Assembly: GCA_937922005.1 (NCBI GenBank)
Contig: CAKZWV010000054.1
Span: 11,855 to 75,854 of the forward strand
Length of the DNA: 64,000 nucleotides
Direction of reading: 5' to 3'
DNA from: an uncultured Clostridia bacterium
Lineage (GTDB): Bacteria; Bacillota; Clostridia; Saccharofermentanales; DTU023
The notes beneath the pieces were generated by a model. That model saw only the letters and a list, made by a program, of their open reading frames with translations, was not told the origin of the DNA and searched no databases. The position numbers and the translations under genes were made by a program. Positions within the stretch are counted from its first letter, which is position 1. Each line of letters begins with the position of its first letter. Of the stretch, positions 1 through 12,423 are shown piece by piece.

Positions 1-1801
1 TGATGTCATATTTTCCTTGCTCAGCAAGGTCATAGGACTGGGTCCAAGGAACTGCCCTGAGGTTCAATTCAAAGTTATCGGTTCCAAAGATTTCTTCCCA
101 TTGGGCTTTCAAGAACTCGGCTGTCGCTTTCATGGTCTCATTGCCATCAAAGTACATCAGTTCACAAGAAACCTTCTTGCCGAACTTCTCGTGAGCTTTG
201 TCAAAGAGTTCTTTGGCTTTGTCTTTATTAAAGCCATTCTTGCCTTCTTTGTCGATATCTTCGACGATCTTCTTTCCGACTTCACTTTCTCTAAAGCTAA
301 CACCATTTTTCAGGTCGGTTAACCGTCCAGAAGGTACGATATAAGGAGCAGGGACGTCCTTTTTATTGATCTTGGTAGCAATGGTTTCACGATCGATAGC
401 CCAATACAGAGCCTGACGGAAATCCTTATCGGTCAAGAAGGCCTTCTCAGGATTATCAGAAGTCATATTGATAAAGAGCTGCCAGACGGCGGTGGACTTG
501 CTCAGCATGACCCGAGGATCTTCCTCATATTTCTCATAGTTCTGACCAGCCAGACCCACAACGTCGGTCTCGTTCTTTTCGAACATCTGGACAGCTGTAT
601 TGTTATCTTCAACCACTCTCTGATAGACGGTATCAGGATTTTGATACTGCTTAGCGAACTCATCGTCGGGGTTCTTTTCATAGAGACGATATTGGTCTCT
701 GACCCACTCTTTCAGGATATAAGATCCGCAAGAAGGAGTGGTCTCTAAACTGGTCCCATAACTATTTTCAGTACGGTCAGCGTTCATGCAAGCTTCATAG
801 GTCTTCTTGTGAACAGGAGACAAGGGGCCGCCACCCATGAACCAACCCAGGAAATCGTTCTCGGGGATAGCAAAAACAAGCTTGATCTCAAGGGTGTTGT
901 CGTCAAGAGCTTTGATTCCTACATCTTCCCAAGCGACACCGCCTTCTTTGATGTCTTCCTCGGTGATGTCGAGCTTGTGGGCATCCAGCTGATCCTGACG
1001 CTCCTGAACCTTTTCTAGAGCTTCTTTCTTCTTGGTCTCATCTTCGATGGCCTCAGCTTCTTCTTTGGCCTTGTCGATTTCAGCCTGCTCTTCTTCCTGC
1101 TTTTTCAGCTTAATATTGTCTTCTGCGGTACCCAACCAGTACTTTTTAGCATTGACAACTTCCATGGTGCTACCTAAGCTATCCATAGCTCTGGTATTCT
1201 TTAGCTTCGGATCTAGGAGCATCTTATAGGAATACTCATAGGCATGGGCATCAATGACTTCGCCATCTGGCCAGTGTAAGCCCTTACGGATTTTGAAGGT
1301 CCAGGTTTTGCCGTCTTCGCTCATTGTGGGAAGTTCTTCAGCAAAGTTAGGAACAACTTTCATTCCGTCGGTTTCCTTATCGTAGACCATTTCCAGAAGA
1401 CCCGGTAGGATATAACCAAAAACGTCTGCTTCAGCATCGCTCTTCCAAAGGTGAGGGTTCAGGGTTGCAACTTTACCACCCGTAGTTCTCCAGACCTTGC
1501 CCTTTAAGTTCTTCTCGCGGTCACCACCTTCGTTAGCAGCTTTTGTAGTTTCTTCTTCAGAATTAGACTCTTCTGTCTTCTCTTCAGAAGATTTTTCACC
1601 AGCTTCTGTCTTCTCTTCTTCACCGGATTTAGATTCTTCTGTTTCTTTAGACTCTTCGCCATCCTTCGACGCAGCTTGGCTCTCTGCTTCAGCTGCGGGG
1701 GTGTTCGCTGGGGTATTCTGTTGGGCCGGTGGTGTACATGAACTTAAGATAACTCCTAAGATCATGAGGGCTGCCAGAACGATACTTAGTTTCTTTTGCA
1801 T
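1..1801 (-). CDS. ABC transporter substrate-binding lipoprotein, peptide/nickel family 5 (OppA-like); 3' end runs off the window
   Basis: Absent from the ORF track because it is open at the window edge. My reverse-strand translation starts at the ATG at 1801-1799, with GGAGG about 12 nt upstream. It gives MQKKLSIVLAALMILGVILSSC (signal peptide plus lipobox Cys), an acidic Ser/Glu linker, then WRTTGGKVATLNPHLW...EELPTMSEDGKTWTFKIRKGLHWPDGEVIDAHAYEYSY, which is typical of SBP family 5. Confidence 0.8.
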   Translation of the reverse strand, partial: MQKKLSIVLAALMILGVILSSCTPPAQQNTPANTPAAEAESQAASKDGEESKETEESKSGEEEKTEAGEKSSEEKTEESNSEEETTKAANEGGDREKNLKGKVWRTTGGKVATLNPHLWKSDAEADVFGYILPGLLEMVYDKETDGMKVVPNFAEELPTMSEDGKTWTFKIRKGLHWPDGEVIDAHAYEYSYKMLLDPKLKNTRAMDSLGSTMEVVNAKKYWLGTAEDNIKLKKQEEEQAEIDKAKEEAEAIEDETKKKEALEKVQERQDQLDAHKLDITEEDIKEGGVAWEDVGIKALDDNTLEIKLVFAIPENDFLGWFMGGGPLSPVHKKTYEACMNADRTENSYGTSLETTPSCGSYILKEWVRDQYRLYEKNPDDEFAKQYQNPDTVYQRVVEDNNTAVQMFEKNETDVVGLAGQNYEKYEEDPRVMLSKSTAVWQLFINMTSDNPEKAFLTDKDFRQALYWAIDRETIATKINKKDVPAPYIVPSGRLTDLKNGVSFRESEVGKKIVEDIDKEGKNGFNKDKAKELFDKAHEKFGKKVSCELMYFDGNETMKATAEFLKAQWEEIFGTDNFELNLRAVPWTQSYDLAEQGKYDI

Positions 1802-2183
1802 AAAAGTAGTATTCCTCCTAATCATTCCTTACGTATCGGTAATGCATATCCGGATATCTTCGGATATCTTGGCCACGAACCTAGTCCGTCATCCTTGACG
1901 ATAGGCCAAAGATCAGACCATCCGGATCGTACCAAAAATGTCGGTGGACCTGTCATTAGCAAACGACATTTCCAATCGCAAGGGGAATTATATCACAAAA
2001 TCAATAAGTTTACAAAATATTCTCTAAAAAGCTTTGCATCCACAAAAAATGGGGCAAAACAGAAATAGGGAATGGGAAAAATAGGGATAGGGAGCGAGAG
2101 GCAGCTAGCAAGGTCCAGGAACATTTGGGTGTGCTGATTCCTGCGCTGGAATATAGGAGCTGGTCCCCACGCTGGAATATTTG

Positions 2184-4004
2184 TTATAGGGGGGCACAAA
2201 GGTCCCGGAGATAGGCCTTCTCTTCTTCTGTAAGGGAGGGGGCCAGGCGACGGTAGCATTCTTCGTGGTAGGCGTTAAGCCAGGCCAGCTCGGCGGGGGA
2301 GAGAAGGCTAGGGTCGAGGGGGCGTTTGTCGATGGGCACGTAGCAGACCTGGTAGAGGCAGAAGAATTGACCTGACTCGGTTTTCTCAGACTTTCTCACA
2401 AAAAGGTCGTTTTCGATCCGAATCCCATATTGGCCTTCCAGGTAGACCCCGGGCTCGACGGTAGTGATCATTCCTTCCTCCAGGGGCACGGTATTGGGAG
2501 CAAAGCCTAGACGCTGCGGACCTTCATGGACATTGAGGACAAAGCCGACCCCATGGCCGGTGCCGCATTTGTAGTCGTGGCCGATTTGCCAGAGGGGATA
2601 GCGGCAGATGGCATCCAGTTTGGAACCGGTAGTTCCTTCAATAAACTGGCAAGTCATAAGCATAATGGAGGACTTCAATGTATAAGTATAATCCCGTTTC
2701 ATTTGCTGGGGGATTTTATCCGGGTCCTGGAAACAGAAGGTCCTCGTGATGTCAGTCGTTCCCTCTAGGTATTGGGTTCCCGAATCAAGGAGAAGGAAGC
2801 TATCCCGGCCCAGGGGGGTCTCTTTTTCAGCCTTGCTGGGATCATAGTGCATCATTGCAGCATTGGCCCCATAGGCGGAAATGGTCGTAAAGCTGAGATC
2901 TAGGAAATGCTCCTCTTTTTCCTTTAATTCTGCTTCCCAGCGACTGACATCAAGCTCCGTTGGATAGGACCCCTCGCCCCGGTCAGCCCTGTCCAAGGCC
3001 TCCTCCACTTTCTTTTGGAGACGGACTAAGACCACCCCGTCTTTGACATAAGCTTTTTCTACATTCTTCTGTTGGGTGGGGTTTTTCAAGGCTTTGAGAT
3101 GGTCGACCACCCCAATGCCTCCGACGATCGCTGCAGAAGGAGGAAGAGCCTGGAAGAGATGACAGTTGGTATAGTCTTTTTGCACCTGAATCCGGCAAGA
3201 GGCGGGGAGGTCATGGATTGCACCCACAATATCTTCGTAGGGCCGGATCTCGATTCCCGCTTCATTTAGCTTTTGATCTACCTTGTTTTTAACCAGTTTC
3301 TCCTGGTCGAGGAAGATCGTAGCCCCTTTGGCGGGGTCCCGGGCCACAATGGCATAGGAATAGACAACAGGGGAGCAGGGAACATCCGCCCCACGGATAT
3401 TAAAGAGCCAAGCGATATCTGCCAAAGCCGGCAGGAGGAGGTAGTCTAGGTGCTTTTCAGCCATCTTCTCCCGGACCTCCTTCAGGTGGTCGGCAATGCT
3501 GGCCCCCGTGTAGACCTCATCCAAGTAAAAGACATCACCTTTCGCCAAGGCTGGCCGGTCCGCCCAGATATCCTCCAAGAGGTCTAGATCCTCCCGATAG
3601 CTTATTTTCTTATCTTCCAAGGCCTTTTGCAGATTTTCAAAAGAACTTTGCATAAAGGTTGCGCCATCAAAGGCCACCGTCGCCTCATCTGGCAAAATCT
3701 CTGCCAGGCAAGCATCGTAAGTAGGCACCCCGGGGGCCCCCCACTTCATCATCTCAAAATCCGAGCCTGCAATCTCCTTTTCACATTGGATATAATAGCG
3801 GCCATCCGCCCAGACCAAGGCCTTGTCCTGGGTCACAACGGCTACCCCAGCTGATCCGGTAAAGCCAGAAATATAGGCCCGGGCACAATAGTGCGGGGCC
3901 ACATATTCACTCCCATGGGGGTCAAACGAAGGAAAGACGCAGGCATCAATCCCGAGCTTTTCCATTTTATTCCTTAAATTTTTTAACTTTTCATTGGTCT
4001 TCAT
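2184..4004 (-). CDS. Xaa-Pro aminopeptidase / M24 family peptidase (aminopeptidase P-like)
   Basis: 614-aa ORF. The C-terminal M24 motifs HGVGFVLNVHEGP, VEPGVY and IRIEND are present, with creatinase-like N-terminal domains. The likely start is the internal ATG at 4004 (MKTNEKL), preceded by AAGGAGGATTAACAGT, rather than the ORF-track start at 4028. Confidence 0.85.
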   Translation of the reverse strand: MKTNEKLKNLRNKMEKLGIDACVFPSFDPHGSEYVAPHYCARAYISGFTGSAGVAVVTQDKALVWADGRYYIQCEKEIAGSDFEMMKWGAPGVPTYDACLAEILPDEATVAFDGATFMQSSFENLQKALEDKKISYREDLDLLEDIWADRPALAKGDVFYLDEVYTGASIADHLKEVREKMAEKHLDYLLLPALADIAWLFNIRGADVPCSPVVYSYAIVARDPAKGATIFLDQEKLVKNKVDQKLNEAGIEIRPYEDIVGAIHDLPASCRIQVQKDYTNCHLFQALPPSAAIVGGIGVVDHLKALKNPTQQKNVEKAYVKDGVVLVRLQKKVEEALDRADRGEGSYPTELDVSRWEAELKEKEEHFLDLSFTTISAYGANAAMMHYDPSKAEKETPLGRDSFLLLDSGTQYLEGTTDITRTFCFQDPDKIPQQMKRDYTYTLKSSIMLMTCQFIEGTTGSKLDAICRYPLWQIGHDYKCGTGHGVGFVLNVHEGPQRLGFAPNTVPLEEGMITTVEPGVYLEGQYGIRIENDLFVRKSEKTESGQFFCLYQVCYVPIDKRPLDPSLLSPAELAWLNAYHEECYRRLAPSLTEEEKAYLRDLCAPL

Positions 4005-4540
4005 ACTGTTAATCCTCCTTAGGCCCAAAAGCTAGGCCCATACAAAGGGCTAGACCTAGGCCCATGCCTAGGTAACAAAGTCTATGGGCATAATCAGGCC
4101 TATCAGCTAGTAAATCGTACCCGCTCGATCAGGCCTATTAGCTATAAAATAACCATGGAACTCAAGCTAGCACCGCCATGGCTAAGAAAAAGCCATGGAG
4201 TATTTGCTAAATAAACCATGGCAAATAGTCCAGCCTCAGTATAGCACAGTCCAAGGATCTGGTCCTAGTATCGTTTTTCATCTAGAGTCTTAATGGATCG
4301 CCCATAAGAACCTTTCCAGCTGCCTAGGCCAGCCCTGTAAAATCTTGAAAGAAGCCTGGGCTTGTGATAGAATGAGGGCCAATTTAAGGGATTTTCATAG
4401 AGGGTAAGGCTATCATTGCCAACGATGATGAAAATTCAATGAAGAATTGGAATCTCTGACCAACAGGCCCCACTGGGCTCATACCCCCATCGGCCTAGAA
4501 AAGACCCCTGGAGCCCCGTTGGACTTAGAAATGGTTATCT

Positions 4541-5221
4541 ATGCTCAAAAAGCCAAAAAGCGAATATCTCTACTTACCCAATCTATTAACCTATTTTCGA
4601 ATCATCCTGGTTCCTTGCATGATTGCCCTTCAGTACTCCAATTGGGAACACAAGCAATGGACCATCGGGATCCTGATTGCCCTGTCTGGAATCAGCGATT
4701 TTTTGGATGGCTATGTGGCCCGTAACTGGGATCGAATTACAGAAATTGGTAAATTCCTCGATCCCATCGCCGACAAGTTAACCCAATTTGCCTTAGCCCT
4801 CATGGTCGTCTATCGTTTTCCCTTTTTTAAACCCTTTATTTTTCTTTTCCTGGTAAAAGAATTGGTCACTGGGATGATTTCATTTTGTCTGTTAATGAAG
4901 GGGGTCAAGATGGACGGAAGCAAATGGTACGGTAAAGTCTCGACTTTTGTTTTCTACTCCACCATGCTAACTATTTTCTTCTTCCCATCTCTGCCACCTT
5001 TTGTCCATAAACTTTTGATCGTACTGAGCAGCGGCTTTATGCTCCTTGCCTTTGTTTTGTATTTCCTCCTCCTCACCAATATGTGGATCCAGTGTCACGA
5101 CCGACCCACGGTATCTTGGCGGGAGGCAGCCCGCATTCTCTTCAAAAAACAGGGTGGTGAGGTTAAAGAAACCCTATCTCCCATCCAAGCCAAGCGTACC
5201 GCTTCCGAAAGGCGCAACTAA
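4541..5221 (+). CDS. pgsA: CDP-alcohol phosphatidyltransferase (phosphatidylglycerophosphate synthase-like)
   Basis: DGYVARNWDRITEIGKFLDPIADK matches the motif DG-x2-AR-x8-G-x3-D-x3-D. The protein has multiple TM helices. Confidence 0.8.
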   Translation: MLKKPKSEYLYLPNLLTYFRIILVPCMIALQYSNWEHKQWTIGILIALSGISDFLDGYVARNWDRITEIGKFLDPIADKLTQFALALMVVYRFPFFKPFIFLFLVKELVTGMISFCLLMKGVKMDGSKWYGKVSTFVFYSTMLTIFFFPSLPPFVHKLLIVLSSGFMLLAFVLYFLLLTNMWIQCHDRPTVSWREAARILFKKQGGEVKETLSPIQAKRTASERRN

Positions 5222-5338
5222 ACGGATAGGTTCGTTGTAGTATTTAAGTAGATAGACTTAGGGATTAACAAAAAAGCTCATATGATAGATTCACATGAGA
5301 GACTCATATGGTGATAGACTCACAGAAAGGATCTTTTT

Positions 5339-5938
5339 ATGGAACCTAATTCCTCTTCGCTCCATGCCTTCTCCTCCCAGGAGATGGCCAAGCTTCTTAA
5401 CGATCTTCAAGAATCTTTAGAAACCCTTATCTCCAAAGCTAAAGTGATCCCCGGAGAGATCCTTGTCGTTGGCGCCTCTACCAGCGAAGTCTTGGGAGAA
5501 AGTATTGGAAAAGGATCCTCCCTAGAAATAGGCAAACTCCTCATTGATATCATACGAGGCATCTGTGAGGACCATGCTCTCTACCTAGCAGTTCAGGGCT
5601 GCGAACATCTCAATCGTGCCCTAGTTGTCTCTAAAGCCTGCCAAGAGGCTTACCGCCTTCAGAGGGTCAATGCCGTACCCGCCCTTCATGCGGGTGGGGC
5701 CTGCGCCCTTGCCGCCTACGAAAGCCTCCCTGAGGCCCGGATGGTCAAAAGTCTTCGACACCAAGCTGCCCTTGGTATCGACATTGGCGATACCTTCATT
5801 GGCATGCACCTCCGCCCCGTAGTCGTCCCAGTTCGCACCTCTATCGACACCCTAGGCAAGGCCCACATTACTTTCTGTCGGACCCGTCCCCCCTTTGTGG
5901 GTGGAGAGAGGGCCCAATACGACCCAGATCTCCGCTAA
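5339..5938 (+). CDS. UPF0340 / DUF436 (TIGR01440) family protein
   Basis: ILVVGASTSEV...GCEHLNRALVV...PALHAGGA...IGDTFIGMHL resembles the B. subtilis YwlG family. Confidence 0.7.
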   Translation: MEPNSSSLHAFSSQEMAKLLNDLQESLETLISKAKVIPGEILVVGASTSEVLGESIGKGSSLEIGKLLIDIIRGICEDHALYLAVQGCEHLNRALVVSKACQEAYRLQRVNAVPALHAGGACALAAYESLPEARMVKSLRHQAALGIDIGDTFIGMHLRPVVVPVRTSIDTLGKAHITFCRTRPPFVGGERAQYDPDLR

Positions 5939-5992
5939 CCCTAGTGGCGGCCTTAGCCCCTCTCAAGCGATATTAACTCCTATTAGGATAGC

Positions 5993-6616
5993 TTAACCCC
6001 TGTGACAGGTCCCGTCATAGAGTGGCAAGAGCTTTGCCACCTCGGGTTTTTTAGCAAATTGAATGAGTTTTTCATCCTCTTTATAACTGGTATCATCTAT
6101 ATAGTGGGCCAGGCAAAAGAGGATTTTTTTATCCGAAAAATAACTCACTTGGTCCATTGCTAAGTCAAGGGTCAGCCACTGACTGGTGCTGAGTTCCTCT
6201 TCCTGGATCACTACCTCTTGATCAATTGGGTTGAGCTCGCCAGAAAAATAAATAACATCCTTGACGATGCCCCGTTTGGGAGAATAGGTATTAATCATCC
6301 GGAAAGTGGTATCGATATCGACTGTCAAACCGGTCTCCTCCAGGATCTCCCGCCGTGCCGTATCAATCTCCCCTTGGTCACACGCCTCCACATGGCCCTT
6401 AGGAAAGGAATGATGGCCACCCCGGTGTTTTATAATCAAATATTCCGTCTTCTCTTTCCCAAAATCCTGGTATTTTCTCCAAACAATGGCTCCACAAGAC
6501 TTTTCATAAGTGACAGAGTTATCCTCTCTCGCCATAAGCTCCTTAGCCTTTTCCGACATTCCTCGACACTGAGTATCTGTTCCTTTGGGCATGTGCTCAC
6601 CTTTTTGCTGATTCAT
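5993..6616 (-). CDS. NUDIX hydrolase
   Basis: Nudix box ...GHVEACDQGEIDTARREILEETGL. The ORF track starts at 6679, but the ATG at 6616 (MNQQKG) has GGGAG 4-5 nt upstream and is the more likely start. Confidence 0.75.
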   Translation of the reverse strand: MNQQKGEHMPKGTDTQCRGMSEKAKELMAREDNSVTYEKSCGAIVWRKYQDFGKEKTEYLIIKHRGGHHSFPKGHVEACDQGEIDTARREILEETGLTVDIDTTFRMINTYSPKRGIVKDVIYFSGELNPIDQEVVIQEEELSTSQWLTLDLAMDQVSYFSDKKILFCLAHYIDDTSYKEDEKLIQFAKKPEVAKLLPLYDGTCHRG

Positions 6617-6789
6617 AAGCTCCCTTTTCTCCAATATTTTTGCCAGGATGAAAGAGTCAACAAGTCTTTCGATCCCCATATTCTAGGCTCTATGATAAAC
6701 TCAATTCAGGGGAATAGCAAGAAGACAAGCGCCGCCTATCATTCGACAAACACTTCCATCTAGCAGCCTGGCAATAAGGTCTAAAGGCA

Positions 6790-6832
6790 AAAAAACGAAA
6801 AAAAAGGAGGCCCGAATAAAATTCGAGCCTCA
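6790..6832 (-). terminator. Intrinsic terminator between fda and the NUDIX gene
   Basis: On the minus strand, GAGGCTCGAA-tttta-TTCGGGCCTCC is followed by a T8 run. Confidence 0.7.
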
Positions 6833-7017
6833 GTGAGAAATGGAGATCTAAATAATACTAATTTCTTAAACTATTTTCTTATAAAAAGATCCAAAAACAT
6901 TGTTGCTTCATTTAGATCTCATACATTTTGGACTATGGAATCAAGCTTTGGGATTCAGCACTTAAGAGCTTAGCGATCAAGCCTCTCTTGATGAGTGATT
7001 TCGGATCCCGGTGAATC

Positions 7018-7905
7018 CTACTTAATACTTGCCTCATAGATCTTTTCGACAGAATCTTTCAGCAAGGCAGTAAACTCTTCTTCTGACTGACCTTCGTTCA
7101 AGCCTTCTGAAAGGGCTCTAGAGAAGCTCGCAATCATCCCATGATTCTGAGCAAGAAGCTCCACAGCCTTTTCTCTCGAATAACCACCAGAGAGGGCCAC
7201 TACCCGCAGAACCTTAGGATGCTCAATGAGTTCCTTATAGAGGTTCGCCTTGGTAGGAATGGTGAGCTTTAGCATCACCTGCTGCCCTTCCTCCAACTGA
7301 TCCAACTCCGTTAGAATGGCCTTCTTCAAGATCTCCTCTGCCTTCTCTTTCTCCGGGCAGTGGATATCTACTTCAGGCTCTACGATAGGCATCAGGCCAC
7401 CAGCTAAGATTTTCTTAGCATACATAAACTGCTGGTGGACGTTCTCCTTGATACCCTCTTCATTGGCTTCCAGGATGACTGACCGCATCTTAGTTCCAAA
7501 AATATGATTCTCTTGGGCCAGACGAATGCTCTCATCCAGGTTAGTGATGTCTTTCATGAGGCGGACCCCATCTTTGGCATCAGCCAATCCCAGGTCCACC
7601 TTCAGGAAGGGAAGAATCCCCTTATTTTCCCAGAGATACAGGGCTGTAGGCTTTCCTTCAATCTCGCTCTTTACAGTCTGTTGGAAGAGGATAGCTCCGA
7701 GTATCTTTTCTTTACTAAAAGACGGGTTCGTAATCATCCGTGTTCTCATCTCATGGATGAAAGCAAACATTTCATCATCATTCTTATACCGGTCTTCTTC
7801 AACCCCATAAATCCGCAAAGCCTTGGGTGTGCTCCCACCGCTCTGGTCTAGGGCTGCAATAAAACCAGGATTTTGGGCCATTATCTTCAATTGTTCTTGA
7901 TTCAT
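7018..7905 (-). CDS. fda: Fructose-bisphosphate aldolase, class I
   Basis: [35 protein letters not shown]...LKLTIPT...[10 protein letters not shown] is collinear with staphylococcal class I FBA. Confidence 0.9.
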   Translation of the reverse strand: MNQEQLKIMAQNPGFIAALDQSGGSTPKALRIYGVEEDRYKNDDEMFAFIHEMRTRMITNPSFSKEKILGAILFQQTVKSEIEGKPTALYLWENKGILPFLKVDLGLADAKDGVRLMKDITNLDESIRLAQENHIFGTKMRSVILEANEEGIKENVHQQFMYAKKILAGGLMPIVEPEVDIHCPEKEKAEEILKKAILTELDQLEEGQQVMLKLTIPTKANLYKELIEHPKVLRVVALSGGYSREKAVELLAQNHGMIASFSRALSEGLNEGQSEEEFTALLKDSVEKIYEASIK

Positions 7906-8029
7906 GAACGATCCCCCTTTTCTTTTTTGTCTCTTAGTAACAAGACCATTCTAACACAATAAATGGATGAATGCGAATTTCTGTATTTTTGCTCAACAAA
8001 TACTCCCGCCCATCCAGCGAGCATTTTCT

Positions 8030-9244
8030 TTAAAGCTGTCGCAATTTTTCCAGAATGTCATCGAGGACTTCTTGCGAGGAATAAAGAATTTCTAGGCGTC
8101 CTTTGCCGGATCCGCTATCATGGATGGCTACCGGAGCGCCGACATGAAAGGCCAGTTCATCCTGAATTTTTTCTATTTCAAGACTTGTAAGAATTTTTCT
8201 TGCATTTTGCCTATCATTACCTGTTAACAAGTTTGGCCCCAGCTGATCGGCCTTTTGCCCGCTTGAGTCTCCCTCCTGGTTCAGATTCGTTTCCTCAGCC
8301 TTCCCCTGATTTTTCTCCTTCAGGGCCCCCACGACTTCCTCCAGGTGGCGAACGCTCCACTGCTTGTTCAGGACTTCCTCACACAGATGCTCCTGGTCTC
8401 CCTGATCTTCCAAAGAAAGCAAGACTTTTGCATGACCCACCGAGAGATCTCCTGAGGCCATCTTCTTTTGTACTCCTTCTGGCAATTGGAGGAGGCGGAG
8501 GCCGTTTGCGATAGCCGACCTTGATTTTCCAATCTTTTTAGCCAGATCATCCTGGGTTAAATCGTTTTGCTCCAAGAGAAGCTGGTAAGCCTGGGCTTCT
8601 TCAATGGGGTTGAGATCCTCCCTTTGAATATTTTCTACTAGGGCCTGCTCTAAGTGCTGGTCCCGGGTTAAATTCCTCACTAAGGCGGGGATCCTTGTGA
8701 GACCTGCCAGCCTGGCCGCCCGCCAGCGCCTTTCTCCAGCCACCAGGCGGTATTCACCCTCCTGGGCCGTCGGCGTAACCAAAATGGGTTGAATAACCCC
8801 ATTAGCTTGGATCGAAGCCGCTAGTTCCTTCAATTTATCCTCGGCAAAGGCCTTTCTTGGCTGGTCGGCAAAAGGACTGATGCAATCAATTTCAATCTCC
8901 TGGACCCGCTCTCCGTCATCCTGGCTCATCGCTAACTCAGCCGAGCTAGAAGCTTGACTAGAAACAGGCACTTGCCAAGACCCTAACTCTTGGCCCTGAG
9001 TCCCCAAGGCGTGGCCTTGTTCGTCAGGAGCAAGTTTCGCTGAACCAAGTCCTTGCTTTGTCCCTTGGGCTTGTCCTGCGTCTTTTGCAGCTGCAGAGCC
9101 TTCTGGTGGAGCTTGTATTTTTGCAGCTGAAAACATCCCAGAAAGCCCACGGCCCAGGCCCGGCGTCCGACCGAGACCAGGACGGCGGGGTGAAGTATTT
9201 TTCTTTTTTTGATTCTTATCGTCCGACATGTCAGTACTTAGCAA
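8030..9244 (-). CDS. parB: Chromosome partitioning protein ParB/Spo0J with a low-complexity insertion
   Basis: N-terminal GLGRGLSG motif, ParB/Srx box GERRWRAARLAG, and an HTH region (LTQDDLAKKIGKSRSAIANGLRLLQL). About 90 aa of Ala/Gly/Gln/Ser-rich sequence lies between the N-terminal motif and the core. The start codon is uncertain: TTG at 9244 or ATG at 9229. Confidence 0.9.
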   Translation of the reverse strand: MLSTDMSDDKNQKKKNTSPRRPGLGRTPGLGRGLSGMFSAAKIQAPPEGSAAAKDAGQAQGTKQGLGSAKLAPDEQGHALGTQGQELGSWQVPVSSQASSSAELAMSQDDGERVQEIEIDCISPFADQPRKAFAEDKLKELAASIQANGVIQPILVTPTAQEGEYRLVAGERRWRAARLAGLTRIPALVRNLTRDQHLEQALVENIQREDLNPIEEAQAYQLLLEQNDLTQDDLAKKIGKSRSAIANGLRLLQLPEGVQKKMASGDLSVGHAKVLLSLEDQGDQEHLCEEVLNKQWSVRHLEEVVGALKEKNQGKAEETNLNQEGDSSGQKADQLGPNLLTGNDRQNARKILTSLEIEKIQDELAFHVGAPVAIHDSGSGKGRLEILYSSQEVLDDILEKLRQL

Positions 9245-9309
9245 GTCCCTTTTCTGAAAATCGATTTCTTGAAATGATCCAGGACCTGGCCTGGAATATT
9301 TGTTGGAGA

Positions 9310-10149
9310 TTAGCCATTTTGCGCCAGGTTATCTAAGACAACTTGGGCGATGGGTGCCATAAAGGTTGTAGAGAGGCTGGCGTATTTGCTGTATTGATCA
9401 GTGCGTTTGATGAATTCCTTCGCCAGGTCCACATAGGCCTTCCCCCCCTTACTCATCCGGTCGTACTCGATAATGGTGCTCCCATAGCTGGGGGCTTCCG
9501 CCAGGCGAACATTGCGAGGAATCATGGTCTTAAAGCACAGGTCCCCTAGAAAGTCTCGAACATCGGCCTCCACATCCCGGGACAGGCGGTTTCTCCCATC
9601 CGACATGGTTATAATCCCGCCCAGGATGGTAGCCTGAGGCTGGCGCATGGAGTTGACCAAGGCTAAAGAAGTAAAGAGCTGCTTGACCCCCGCTAGGGCA
9701 TAGTATTCGGCTTGGATGGGGATGATGATGGCATCGGAGGCAAACATTGCATTAATGGTGAGATTGCCAAGAGAGGGCGGACAGTCGATAAAAATGAAGT
9801 CGTAGGAGGATTTAAGAGGTTGAATGAGCTTTTTCATCTCATTCAAAGGGTCCTCCAGGCGTGAAAGATCTGATTCTGCCGCAGCCAGGTCTACATGGGA
9901 AGGCAAGAGGTCCAGCTTGGGACGAGCATTTTTCAAAATAGCCTCTTCCAGGCTGTGCTGGCCGGTCAAAACCGTATAGGTGTTGATGGGATTTGGCTCG
10001 TGATAGCCAAGGCCAATGCTGGCATTCATCTGTGCATCGGCGTCAATGAGTAAAATCTTCTTGCCCATGTCGGCCAAGGCGGCAGAGAGGCTGATGCAAG
10101 TGGTTGTCTTTCCTACCCCACCCTTTTGGTTGATCACAGCAATGATCAT
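9310..10149 (-). CDS. parA: Chromosome partitioning ATPase ParA/Soj
   Basis: Deviant Walker A in MIIAVINQKGGVGKTTT. Lies adjacent to parB. Confidence 0.92.
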   Translation of the reverse strand: MIIAVINQKGGVGKTTTCISLSAALADMGKKILLIDADAQMNASIGLGYHEPNPINTYTVLTGQHSLEEAILKNARPKLDLLPSHVDLAAAESDLSRLEDPLNEMKKLIQPLKSSYDFIFIDCPPSLGNLTINAMFASDAIIIPIQAEYYALAGVKQLFTSLALVNSMRQPQATILGGIITMSDGRNRLSRDVEADVRDFLGDLCFKTMIPRNVRLAEAPSYGSTIIEYDRMSKGGKAYVDLAKEFIKRTDQYSKYASLSTTFMAPIAQVVLDNLAQNG

Positions 10150-10191
10150 AGGACTCTCCTTTTCATGATCTGGTCCACCATATCTAATCTT

Positions 10192-12423
<2,232 letters not shown>

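Noticed and set aside
1796-2259. ORFs of 90 aa (plus strand) and 88 aa (minus strand) in the SBP/aminopeptidase intergenic region.
   Set aside because: They have no RBS, overlap the promoter region of the SBP gene, and have non-protein-like composition.
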